Positions 39,101-49,923 of a stretch of 60,888 nt of DNA are shown one piece after another (the stretch's first letter is position 1; every line of letters begins with the position of its first letter). Made by a program: the position numbers and the translations under genes. The stretch spans positions 62,001-122,888 of the forward strand of contig CAJNYD010000131.1 of NCBI GenBank assembly GCA_905331295.1, read 5' to 3'. Source of the DNA: Rotaria socialis. Lineage: Eukaryota. The notes under the pieces are model-generated. The model was not told where the DNA came from. It saw nothing but the letters and a program-made list of their open reading frames with translations, and made no database searches.

Positions 39101-42100
39101 ATGTATCTAAAAATAATTAAACCTAACTAAATGCCGATACTTGTGTTTTTGAAATACCGACAATATATCAACAAACATTATAACAAGAGCGCTTTTTGTT
39201 AATGGATTTTTTTTTCTAAAGCAAGGCACCGAGCGTGTCATCGTATATGCAACTGACCAACAATTGCAATTATTACTTGATAGTGAAATGATTTTCGTTG
39301 ATGACACTTTCAGTACCGCCCCCAATGGTTTTGATACATGTTCAATTATTTGGCCTAGGTATGAGAGTTGCATTTAATATTGATATGATAAAATGATGAA
39401 TTTTGTTTTTTAACGAAAAGGTGTGCAAGTTGCATATTGTTTGTTACCAAATCGACGAGCAACTACATACATCGAATTATTTCAGCGATTTAAATAAGAA
39501 GCAACACTATTAGGTAAACAATTTCAACCGACACACGTTGTATCTTATTTCGAATCAGCAATTATGTCAGCAGTTCGACACGTAGTAAGTTTATACTTTC
39601 TTTTTTATTGTTTAGGTACTACTAATGGTCTGTACTTCTCAATATTTTAGTTTCCAGCTGCTAAGCATTCAGGCTGCTTATTCCATTTCACGCAATGTAT
39701 CCATCGCAAAATAATGAGCTTAGGCTTAGGTGCTGATTACGCTCAAGTCGTAACGATACGTCAACAATGCAAGGAATTAATGGGTCTAAGCTTAATGCCG
39801 ATTTGTGAAGTAAAACAACAATTCAAACGTATTCGAGAAATATCATCTTCATCGTTAGATGATTTATTTGAATACTTTGAACGTCAATGGATAAAAGGTA
39901 TGTGTTCCCCTATCAATGTGGAATTCGAATGATGTTGATCATCGAACCAATAACATCAACAAGAATAAGCAAAAAACATCCAAACGTATGGACGTTCATA
40001 AAGTTGATTCAAAGTGAAAATGTTCGACTTGAACATATAATAGCTCAACTAAGTGGTGGTGCCTCATCTTCAAAGCAATCAAAGAACACAATAGGGTTTC
40101 AAAAACGATTTGAAACGCTTAAAAAACGATTCAACGATAATGAAATCAATGCAAAGCAATTATTGAAGGGACTAGCATTACTACTTGGATCACAAAAAAA
40201 AGAGAAAATAATACTGATACACTTAGTTTTCTTTTTTTTATTGTTTTTTATCATATGATCGAATAAATTTTTATTTTTCGTTAAAATTATCAAAAAACGC
40301 AATTTTCGACATTTACCTTTTTTTTCGACGTTTTCCCTTTCTGCCTTTTCCACCAAACCCATTATATCGACATATAAAATTTAAAATGAAGGAACAACAT
40401 CTTGCACCTTTTTACAAAAATACGGATTCAAATTATGATGATGATAACAGTTCTAGTGGCGATTCAATTCTTGAGGTTACTTCAAATATTGATGAAAATG
40501 AATCTGAACTAATAAGATTATCAACATATCTTCATTTGGATTCTACAAATGGTAATAGTAGGGACTTCTCATAGGACTTTAGGTAAAGTGGACCTTTTCT
40601 GGATCTTTGCCAGCCCTCATTTTCACCTGCTATTGATCAAATAGTATTGTCAAACACTGTCGAAAAAAGAAACGAAATATGTGAATGATGTTTTAATAGT
40701 TGATAAAAAGTTGTTGAACGAAAGGAGTCCACCTTTTGAATCACTTAGATTCTGAAAATCTTCTTTGCTCATTCCCTGACCACGATAAACGTTAAAAGCT
40801 GTTTGGAAGTTCACTGATTGTTCCTGGTGCAATTGTTCCAGTTGAAGATGAAGACTTCGAATAAAAAAACCTAATTTTGTCATTCCCTCCATGTCGAGCA
40901 TACGTAAGGCACGATTAAGCATACCATACAGAAACATTGGTTTCGTATACCACCAGACCGGTGATTTATGATGGTATTTACGTTTTAAGTCATTTATTTC
41001 TGTTTCAGAAACTTTTTGTTGTTGACAAAAGTTTACGAAAGTGTTCATTGATTTTTTGTCATCATCATCAATTTCCAATATGATATCCTTGAAAATTACT
41101 GAATACATGTAAGTTGGCGGTAGCTGATCAAGATTTTGTTCTTTCGATGCTGTATCTGGCGTGCTTCGCTTTGGCACGAAGCTCATTGGTATTGCATCGT
41201 GATCGCATGATCGTGTAGCCTTTGTTAATCGCTTACATATGGACTTTATTGTGCGATGAACGCCTCTCACTTTTGACCAGTCTTTCGCCCATACTTTGTT
41301 TAGATCTTTGTTTACACAGAAAACGAAGATCGTATCAAGTTGATCCATATTGTGTATAAGTGGTACTGTCTTTTTTCCAAGCGATCCAGATGTAATTAAA
41401 AAAACTTTTTGACCATCGATACGTTTTAGATATTCCATACACTGGTCGACGTCAGTAAACAGATCTAACGCAACGGCAATCTTTCGAAGCTCTGTGAGGC
41501 ATTTTTGAAAATGTTCTTTTTTCTCGTCAATATTGGTATCAAGCCATACTACAAGGTAATTTTGCACGGTTCGTCTTGATGGTACTCGAGAGGCTGCTGA
41601 TGAAGCTGTAGTAGCAGCAGTAGCAGCTTTTGCGATGGTTTCCTTGGGTACTACTGATGCATTTTTAGTAGTGCGCCCTGACTGACTGGAACTATTGGTT
41701 GCGTCTGATTCCTTGTGGGTTCTGTGCTTGGTACGGCTTGTGCTACTATCCGTAGGGGGCTTTTTTTCGGTGCTATGTCCGGAACAATTAACTTTGCTAG
41801 CTTTATGTGATTTGTTGGTATCCATACTGCACTGATTTACGAACTTTTACTACAGTAAGAAAAACTCAATTATTGTATTGAATAATTAAAAAGAGTTCTT
41901 TTCTGTGACTACATTATCAGTGATTAGAACAATTAGACCAACAATCTGTTCAACTCGTCATCCAAAATATCTAACACACTATTTCATACAATGATCTGTG
42001 TAATTACAGAATGTTAGCACAGAAACCTACGAGGCTTCTCATATTTTATTCATCTCTCTCATTTGATAATAATTTCAGAAAAAGAAACATTTTCTAATTG

Positions 42101-42916
42101 ATTGCTCATCAAGTTCTTCACTATCTACGTACTCAAGTTTCGTTTAAGATAAAACATTTCAATTTTGTTTGAGACAAACTTTAGTATTAATCGCATCCGT
42201 GAAATTTGAGAAATCAATTTAACGCACAAAAGCAATATGATTCGATGGTTCTAACATCTTCATGATAAGACTAACGAAAGACTAAATAGCTTACTAAATA
42301 TTTGTGAAAGCGCACAGAAAGAATGGCAGTTTTCATTCTTTCGAATATATACAGCATCTTATTCTATCTATTTCTGAAATCAAATGTATGTTTGGAAGAA
42401 AACTCAACAGCTAAGTATGTCTAGAAAAGCTTAATCTTTTATTGAAAACCAATGTCTTCATGTTAAAAATACTTCACTATGGTTTTTCTATATTATCGAT
42501 AAACAATTTAAATTGAATAAAATAAACTTACCTGATAAGATATATTGAAGAATGCGAATTTGTTTTAGTATGTTTTCATTGACTCGCACACCATATTTAT
42601 CGTTGACGTTATTGCTTGGTTTTTTTACCACTTATTTCTGTTTACTTGAATCAATGAACCGTGCTATTTTCAATAGAGAAGCAATTAATATTTTTTTCAT
42701 ATATGCATTCGTCACCGTGTGGGTTTTTTTCTCTTTCAATTCTCTTTCTTTTTTTCGCTTCTTTTTCAATTTTATTTTTTAAATATTTAATACATTGAAG
42801 GACAAAAATCTAATTAAAGATAAACATACGACAGCGACGTTTTTAAACATAATTATCGTTCAATAAAATACTAAAACATTTTATTAAAATTATGTTTGTC
42901 TATGAATATATTTTAG

Positions 42917-42960
42917 TTATTTCGACGTTTCGATCATTTTAACGATCATTATCAAGAATA
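42917..42960 (-). ncRNA. Minimal type I hammerhead ribozyme variant (U3-A8) in Penelope terminal repeat
   Basis: Minus strand: UAUUC-UUGAUAA-U-GAUCG-UUAAAA-UGAUC-GAA-ACGU-C-GAAAUA; 5-bp stem II, palindromic ACGU stem III, GUC cleavage triplet. Confidence 0.6.
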
Positions 42961-43103
42961 TATATGCAAATCAAACTTATAAATATTTTTGATTAAAGGA
43001 AAAAGGAAACGAAGAAGAAAGAAAAAGAAAAATAGAGTATTAGAAATGAAATATGAATTTTTAGATAAAGAAAAAAACTTTAGTAGATTTATAAACTAAT
43101 ATA

Positions 43104-44376
43104 CAGGATGATTCGTCTATTTTTAGTAGTTTTATTTTCATTAATATACAAAAAAGAAAAACATTATCATTTCAAATGATGTTCTATATGAAAGGCACGA
43201 GCCTTATATATAAGAAATACTCGTTTTGGCCACTGAGCCAAAACTTTGTCAATATAAAGTTGATCCATCTTTGTCCATTGGTATAAAAGTTTTTTTTTCA
43301 GTTCATTTAGATTTCCAATTTTCTGTTTGTTCAGCCGTTGTTTTAAGTACCCCCAAATCGAATAATCCATGGGAGCTGCATCTGGTGATTTAGGCATCCA
43401 TTCCTCGGGTTTAACATAGTTAATTTTCGATTCATTCAAAAAGGCAATTGTTTTCTTCGAAACATGACTAGGAGCACTGTCCTGGTGGAAAATAATTTTG
43501 TTTTTCTTATTTTTTGGAAACAGACGAGGAATGTCTCGTGATAAAAGTGGTTTCAATATATGGTTAATATAGTAATCTGAATTAATTTTGACACCAGGTC
43601 TAACAAAACGAAGAGAGGTTTTACCAGAAGACGAGATCCCAGCCCATACCATAAATCCTTGTGGACGAGATGAATCTTGTTCAAGTATCATTCGTTCATA
43701 ATTTGGATCGGACTTTTTTACGTAACAAACTTTCCTTTTTCCTTCAGTACCATCAAGATAGAACCAAGATTCATCGGTGGTGATGAAATTTTTGTAACGA
43801 TTACTAGCTAATTGTCGATAAAGTCGAGGTGCACGTTGACGACGCTTTTTCGACGTTCGAAGATGTTAGTTTATGAACTTTTTGTTTTTTACGAAGAATG
43901 AAGTTGGCCTATTTTATAATCCGTGAGATAGTAGATATTGACTAGTATGACAAGATTTGGCAATAGAACGTTGGGTAGGAGGATCATCGACGTCTATTGC
44001 TTGAATTACTTTTGATATCGTCGATGGAGTAGCCACCGGTCGATATCGAGAAAATTTTATTTTATCAAATGAAGTACGTTGAGGACCAATATTTCGTTTA
44101 ATGTTCGATACAGTTTGTTGAGATATTTTGATTCCATCCTTTTTCAAAATCTTAACTATTTGTGGCTGAGAGTATTTTAGTTGCAAAAGAGCTAAAACAC
44201 GTCCCTCCAGACTATCATCGATTTTTTTCTGTGGCATTACTTTAAACATAGAATGAACGTATTAAAAGATATATATCGATTACTACTATCACGTGATAGT
44301 GTTAAACAATTTTTCTTTCTTTCCTGTGAAACATAGATAAAATTTCAGAACTACTAAAATTAGATGAATCATCCTG
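43104..44376 (-). mobile_element. Tc1/mariner DD37D (maT-type) transposon, frameshifted transposase
   Basis: TA-CAGGATGATTC...GAATCATCCTG-TA; motifs FITTDESWF, FHQDSAPSH, SPDAAPMDYSIW with 37 residues between the 2nd and 3rd Asp. Confidence 0.93.
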
Positions 44377-44505
44377 TATATTAAAGAAAATTAGACAGAG
44401 AAAATGACAATGAAAAATGAAATGAAATACGTATACATAAACTAGTGAAAGGGACAGGTAAGATGGAAAGAAGATAGAAAATTATAGATATATAACCGAT
44501 TCATA

Positions 44506-45890
44506 TCATTTATATCTTTTTATTGCTGGTAAGCGCCTTTCTTTTACTCCTTCTGGAAAAATATATAGTGGTGTAGAGTGTGTTGTACGGTTTAATTGGT
44601 TGATAAACTTGTATAATAAGCGATTCCTTTATGAATAATTTGTATGAATTACTATCTCCTCATACTGCCTGACATGTATTCCAATCTATATTGTGGTTCA
44701 TTTCGTACTAATGTTTACATATTGCACTGTCTAATTTAGTTACATTTGTATCCATTATAATATTCGTATTACTACTTAAATCAATTACATTATGGTTTTT
44801 ATTTTCATTTATAGATAAAGTTTTTATTTTAATTCGTTCAGAGCGTCTCAAATTATTATCATTGAAATGTAGATCATTATATGATTGAAGTGTTAAATTA
44901 ACAAGTGAATTGTCATGTCCAACAATATCAGTTGATTGTTTATTTGGATTATCACTGTTGTTTTGTAATATTTTTTTATCATCATCATGGATGTCATCAA
45001 CAATCATGATTATTTAATATTTTATTGGTTGAATCATTGATATCTATTAATGTTTTAGTATGTGATAATCCATCATAATCTAATAATTTTACAGACCTTT
45101 TATCGATCATTAAAATACTGTTATTGTTATTATTATTATTATTATTTTCATTATTGTTTCGGGAATCAACTGTTGTAATGGTTTCTAAAGTTCTACTATA
45201 GTTACCAATGTTTGATAGCATTACAATGTATATATTATACATTTGATACTTATCATTACTGGTCAGCATAGAATTATCAAGTTTTATGCCAGTTACATCT
45301 TCAAAATTATGAAATTTGAATGAATTGGTACAAATTCTTTTCTGTGATTCAGTTAATTCATCACTATTATAAAGTGTATCATTCATTAGAAAATTAACAT
45401 TATCTTCATGGTTAAATGTTTCAGTATTAGAATTCAAACAATTAATTGATTTTAATGGTTCTATCGTTTTTTTATTATATAATTATTATTCATATTTTCA
45501 TGCATTCATGTTCAGTTGAAGAAACAGTATTTAGTTTATTATCATCAGTTGATTCAGATTTAGTTTTAATACATGTTTTAACTCCAACTGATTTGTCTAC
45601 TGATTCATTTAAATTATGATTAATGGATGTATTTGTTTCTATAGGTATATGTTCAATTAAATTTTTCTTAAAAGTTTTTATCGATCTTTTTAGTTTTACA
45701 TCACCTGTTGCTTTATTATTATTATAATTAATATCATTGTGATTATTGTTTGTAGAATTATTATTTAATATAGGTCTATAATCAAAATTAACTTTATCAT
45801 CACAATTTTTATGTATTAATATAGAAGTTGTTGATATTTTTTGTAATTCTGTTAAGTTTAAACGACTAATGCATATATCATTGTTTATTG
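44506..45890 (-). mobile_element. Penelope-like retroelement remnant: Asn-rich insert plus GIY-YIG C-terminus; 3' terminal repeat extends to ~42800
   Basis: Asn-rich broken ORFs (45490-45890, 44997-45437, 44708-45007), then SAICKH*..NHNIDW...LFIKESLIIQVYQP-LNRTTHSTPLYIFPEG, matching the Penelope endonuclease tail; hammerhead downstream. Confidence 0.75.
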
Positions 45891-45893
45891 ATA

Positions 45894-46820
45894 CAGGGTG
45901 TACCAAAATTATAGACCCCCCTATACTCAATACAGAAAAAATAGGTTTCTGTCTTACACATGAGCCTAGTTATTGAGTTGATACGTTCATTCAACACATA
46001 CATATACGTGATGTATTAAGATGTNCGTAGATTTCGGAATGATCTAAAGCGTCATGAACGATTTCAACCAAGGGTACATCGAGGTGGTGGTTTGGGTATT
46101 TGGTCTTATATTACGTACAATGACTTGGGGCTGTTAGTTTTCTTCAATGGGCACTTAAACTCGGATAAATATATAGAGATACTCGAGAACAATTTACCCA
46201 ACGCGTTTGAAAAATTTTCATCGGAACAATCGAAAAAAATTTTGTATCAACAAGATAACGCTCGTCCCCATACGTCAGCTAAAACCTCCAAATATTTCAA
46301 GAAAAAACATATTAAACTGATTCCATGGCCAGCTCGGAGCCCCGACCTGAACATAATAGAAAATATATGGTCTATAGTCGATCAAAAATTGTTGAAATAT
46401 AGCATTAACAACACGACACAACTGGAAGAAGCACTGAAAATCGTTTGGACAGAAATTTCGAAAGATGTGATAAGAAAACTGTTTCAATCAATGCCTACTA
46501 GACTTCGTCAAGTTATCAATCGTAAAGGCTTTGCCTGCTGCTATTGAGTTTTGTGTTTGTTAAACAAAAACATTCAAAACAAAAGAAAAAAATAATAAAG
46601 AATGAAAGGGGGTCTATAATTATGGCACAGCATCTTTTTCTTTCTATCCATTATTACACGTGTCGAAGAGAAGAGAAAAAGCAGTAATCACATCTTAATA
46701 CATCACGTATATGTATGTGTTGAATGAACGTATCAACTCAATAACTAGGCTCATGTGTAAGACAGAAACCTATTTTTTCTGTATTGAGTACAGGGGGGTC
46801 TATAATTTTGGTACACCCTG
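45894..46820 (+). mobile_element. Internally deleted Tc1 (DD34E) element with ~130-bp TIRs (IR-DR type)
   Basis: TA-CAGGGTGTACCAAAATTATAGACCCC ... GGGGTCTATAATTTTGGTACACCCTG-TA; inner direct repeat at ~46608; QQDNARPH...SPDLNIIENIW (D34E). Confidence 0.92.
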
Positions 46821-46822
46821 TA

Positions 46823-47104
46823 CAACAATTATGTAGTATCATATTTACATCGCAAAATTATATTTATTCATGGGGTTCAGCATTACAAGAACTTAGCAAA
46901 TTTCAACCGTTTCAATTATTTAATACAAATATTGCAATCATCGAAAAAGATATACAATATTTATATGATCGCCATGAAAAACAATCATTACAAATGACCA
47001 TTAGATATGAATTTCAAGAATATTTAAACAAAATAGCAACATTAGCTGAATGGGCATGTGGTGTTGATTTAATGCTGGGTACTTATCTACCCTTAGATGT
47101 AGTC
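46823..47104 (+). pseudogene. Fragment resembling DEDDy 3'-5' exonuclease-like ORF
   Basis: IYSWGSALQELSKF...QSLQMTIRYEFQEYLNKIATLAEWACGVD; the SL...LxK...W pattern recalls DnaQ-like exonuclease C-terminal motifs; cut by Tc1 on the left and MULE on the right. Confidence 0.45.
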
Positions 47105-48562
47105 GGCCGTGTGAACTGGCAAGCTGAGCACGGGAATAATCAGCACGTGAAATTTCAGCACATGGATTGATCAGCACAAGGATAGTTAAGCACTGGAAAG
47201 CTGAGAATATGGATCAATCGGCACGAATATTGAGTTAAACAAAACAAATATACTTGTGTGTGATTATTAGTGAAATAAGCGAATCAAATTGGATTACGTG
47301 AGACGATTACACAGTAAAGATAAGTCAATTCATTTTTCCTACTATAATTATGGTACGAAACAGTCTTGTTTCGTTATTCAATCATTGTTCCCATATGGCG
47401 ACATTTTTGATTAATGGCACAACGAAAAACAAGCCACGTCTCGATTGTGATGGATATTCTTACATTATGGATCGATCGACAAATGATAAAACCTATTGGC
47501 GGTGTATAAAGTATTCTTCAGATTGCTGTCGCTCTCGCCTTCATACCTGTATTTTAACTAATACTATTGTAAAACCACCGAGTGAGCATATGTGAAAAGT
47601 TGATGGTACAACACTCCAACTTAGAATGTTCAATGAACATGTTGCACATCGTGCTGTCAATACTCAAGAAACACCTGACATCATCGTCACAAACTGCTAT
47701 AAAGGTACAAATGAACAAACTTTCTTTCTAATGAATTTTTTTATTTTTCATCGACATAGGTATGTTCGATCCATCGATTGCTCGTTTACCAGTGCGTGAT
47801 AATATTAAGCGTCGAATAAGAATGTTGCGGCAGAATAATCGAGTGGTGAAAGAACCGAACGATCCAAACTTCTCTTCGGTTCCTCTCTCATTAACGAAAA
47901 CCATACGAAACGATCAATTTCTTCGCTGTGATACAGGACCAGGTATGTCGAGTGGTACTTCATACTAGTTCATTTATTCATAAGTATATTATTTTGCAAT
48001 CAAGGGGAAGACAGAATCTTAATGTTCGCTAGTGACGAACAAGCCGATATTTTGCAAGATACGGAAGAATTTCTCGTCGATGGAACATTTAAAATCGTTC
48101 CTGAGATATTTTATCAGCTACATATCATTCATGGTGTATTTCGTGATCATGTAGTACCATTAATTTACGCTTTATTACGTCAAAAAAATACGGAAACATA
48201 TCAACGTCTTATCAATGAAATACTCAAGATTGCTCCTCGGTGGTCTCCACGTTTCATTATGATAAACTTTGAGCAGGCTTCCATTGGTGCTTTTCAAGCA
48301 GCATTTCCTAATGTTTCAGTATCGGGATGTTATTTCCATTTAAGAAAAAGTCTTCATAGAAAAATTCAGGCGATAAGAAACTTAAAATGGCTCAATGATC
48401 TAGTGTCTTAATCTTATGTTCTTATCTATTTAGGAAATGGGACATCAAAGTCAATATCAGACAGATCCAGTCTTTGCACATAACATACACAAGATAGTTT
48501 CCTTGGCGTTTTTAGAAATAAATTCTGTTATCAATGCATTCGAACGATGGTCAATGGATCTC
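47105..48562 (+). mobile_element. 3'-truncated MULE with FLYWCH-MULE transposase pseudogene
   Basis: GG start with CAGCAC subterminal repeats; MATFLINGTTKNKPRLDCDGYSY..TYWRC; FLVDGTFKIVPEIFYQL; GCYFHLRKS; in-frame TGA at 47593. Confidence 0.88.
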
Positions 48563-48880
48563 AGCAGTGGCAGAATTCTCACCAAGCAAAATTCGAGAAT
48601 TCTGTTCATTTATAAACTATGTTATATTCTTTCTNAATAGGTTATTGAGGTCGAGGAATTCGAACCCGTTATTATTTTTCGATCCGAGCTTCCGTTGGTG
48701 AGAAATTGGGTCCATCAAAAAATCTGTGACTGTAAAATTAGATATTTTGTTTCAACTCCGATTTCAATTCTGATCGAAGTTTGACATAAGTTATCGAGAT
48801 CGAGCAATCCGAATCCGGCATCATCGATACCGAGCCTGAGGATCCGAGTCGGATTCATGGATATGGATAGATGCGTCTCA
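48563..48880. mobile_element. Unclassified TE fragment truncating the MULE
   Basis: Transposase frame switches abruptly to unrelated CAGTGGCAGAATTCTC... sequence with GATCCGA-type repeats. Confidence 0.35.
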
Positions 48881-49277
48881 ATAATCAATTCTATAGTAAG
48901 TTATAACTTATAAAATGCGCTTATTCTTTATCTATTTTCATATATCACAATTATCAATAGATAGTAATGTCAATCTGGTAAAATGAATTCAATAAGTTCT
49001 TTACTTAGGTATGTAGCAATAATCAATTGAAATGCATGTTCAATATGATAAACATGAATTTTTTTTCTATTTTGGTATATGTGAATAATTGATCTCATGG
49101 TAAGTTCAATCTTAGAGTATCAGTCACTCCTCTTGTTTTTTGTTTTGGATCGTCTCAAAAACAAGTAATGGTGATTGCCATTTCGTGCAAATAACGGAGA
49201 AAGGGGTGGCTCGTATTGTTCTCACAACAAATCCAGGTTAATATAACAGATATGATTTAGTGGTTTAGCATAGAAAT

Positions 49278-49470
49278 GAGGGTTAAGGATAGAAATAGTG
49301 GTTAAGGATAGAAATAGTGGTTAATGATAGAAATAGTGGTTAAGGATAGAATTAAGGATTAAGTTTAGAATATAGGTTAAGGATAGAAATAAGGATTAAG
49401 TTTAGAATTTAGGTTAAGGATAGAAATAAGGGTTAAGGATAGAATTAAGGTTTAGTATAGGAATAAGGGA
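49278..49470. repeat. ~19-bp tandem repeat (GGTTAAGGATAGAAATAGT)
   Basis: About ten degenerate units visible. Confidence 0.85.
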
Positions 49471-49753
49471 CTGAATATGAAATTAACGGTTGGATAAAAC
49501 ATTAGTCCAGAGTACTAGACTAATTGAGTGTGGTGGACTACATTTCACTACTATAGAACCATTTTTGGATGAAACAGGAAAAAGATCTAGCTAGAACCAG
49601 ATTTTGCTTGAACCTTAAATGGTTCTGAAAATGGTACCCAAATCTAGAACCTTAAAAGGTTCAGTACGACACCTTTTTTGTTTTCTGAGTATTATACTTT
49701 GTTTAAGATTTCATTTATTTGAAATCATTCGAACAAGTATAGCAGAGTCAAAA

Positions 49754-49797
49754 CCATCTGATGAGACCCTTTAGCAAGGTCGAAATCTAGATCATGG
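49754..49797 (+). ncRNA. Canonical type I hammerhead ribozyme
   Basis: CCAU-CUGAUGA-GACC-cuuuagcaa-GGUC-GAA-AUCUAGAU-C-AUGG: intact core, stem I CCAU/AUGG, stem II GACC/GGUC, palindromic stem III, AUC cleavage site after 49793. Confidence 0.88.
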
Positions 49798-49809
49798 CAG
49801 CTTATTCAC

Positions 49810-49833
49810 GCCCCCACCCACACACCCGCACCC
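49810..49833 (-). repeat. Degenerate telomere-like (CCCACA) tract beside the hammerhead
   Basis: CCCCCACCCACACACCCGCACCC. Confidence 0.4.
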
Positions 49834-49923
49834 TCTTTCTATTTTAAATAAGACAAACAGAGTTTCTCTGTATGCGTAGGTGTGGAATCTATTTCTTCAA
49901 TACACAACACACATAAAAAAATG

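Larger units (their letters stand above)
34099..40360 (+). mobile_element. MULE/Mutator transposon with decayed FLYWCH-MULE transposase (~38763-40258)
   Basis: TIRs GGAATTGACGGAAAAGGCAGAAAGGAAAAACGTCGAA / TTCGACGTTTTCCCTTTCTGCCTTTTCCACCAAACCC; TSD ATTATATC(G) at 34091 and 40361; peptides TNKGKPLLVFNQY..KKYWVC, IFVDDTFSTAP, GCLFHFTQC, KKHPNVWTFI, with stops and frameshifts. Confidence 0.9.
32496..41825 (-). pseudogene. Receiver-like + ART + TPR gene split by ~7.2 kb of nested insertions
   Basis: 5' part (41825 to ~40697) ends VYRGQG...GGLLSFNNFLST; 3' part (from 33470) resumes KKREVATSF...QEQEILFTVHTVFRI plus TPRs; collinear with paralogue NNFLSTSKTEKVAMDF at 49924-52263. Confidence 0.88.

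Noticed and set aside
45894..46820. Two ORFs starting with near-identical MS(I/T)GGSIILVHPV (45930 minus, 46784 plus)
   Set aside because: Both starts are read out of the Tc1 inverted repeats; they are not a gene pair.
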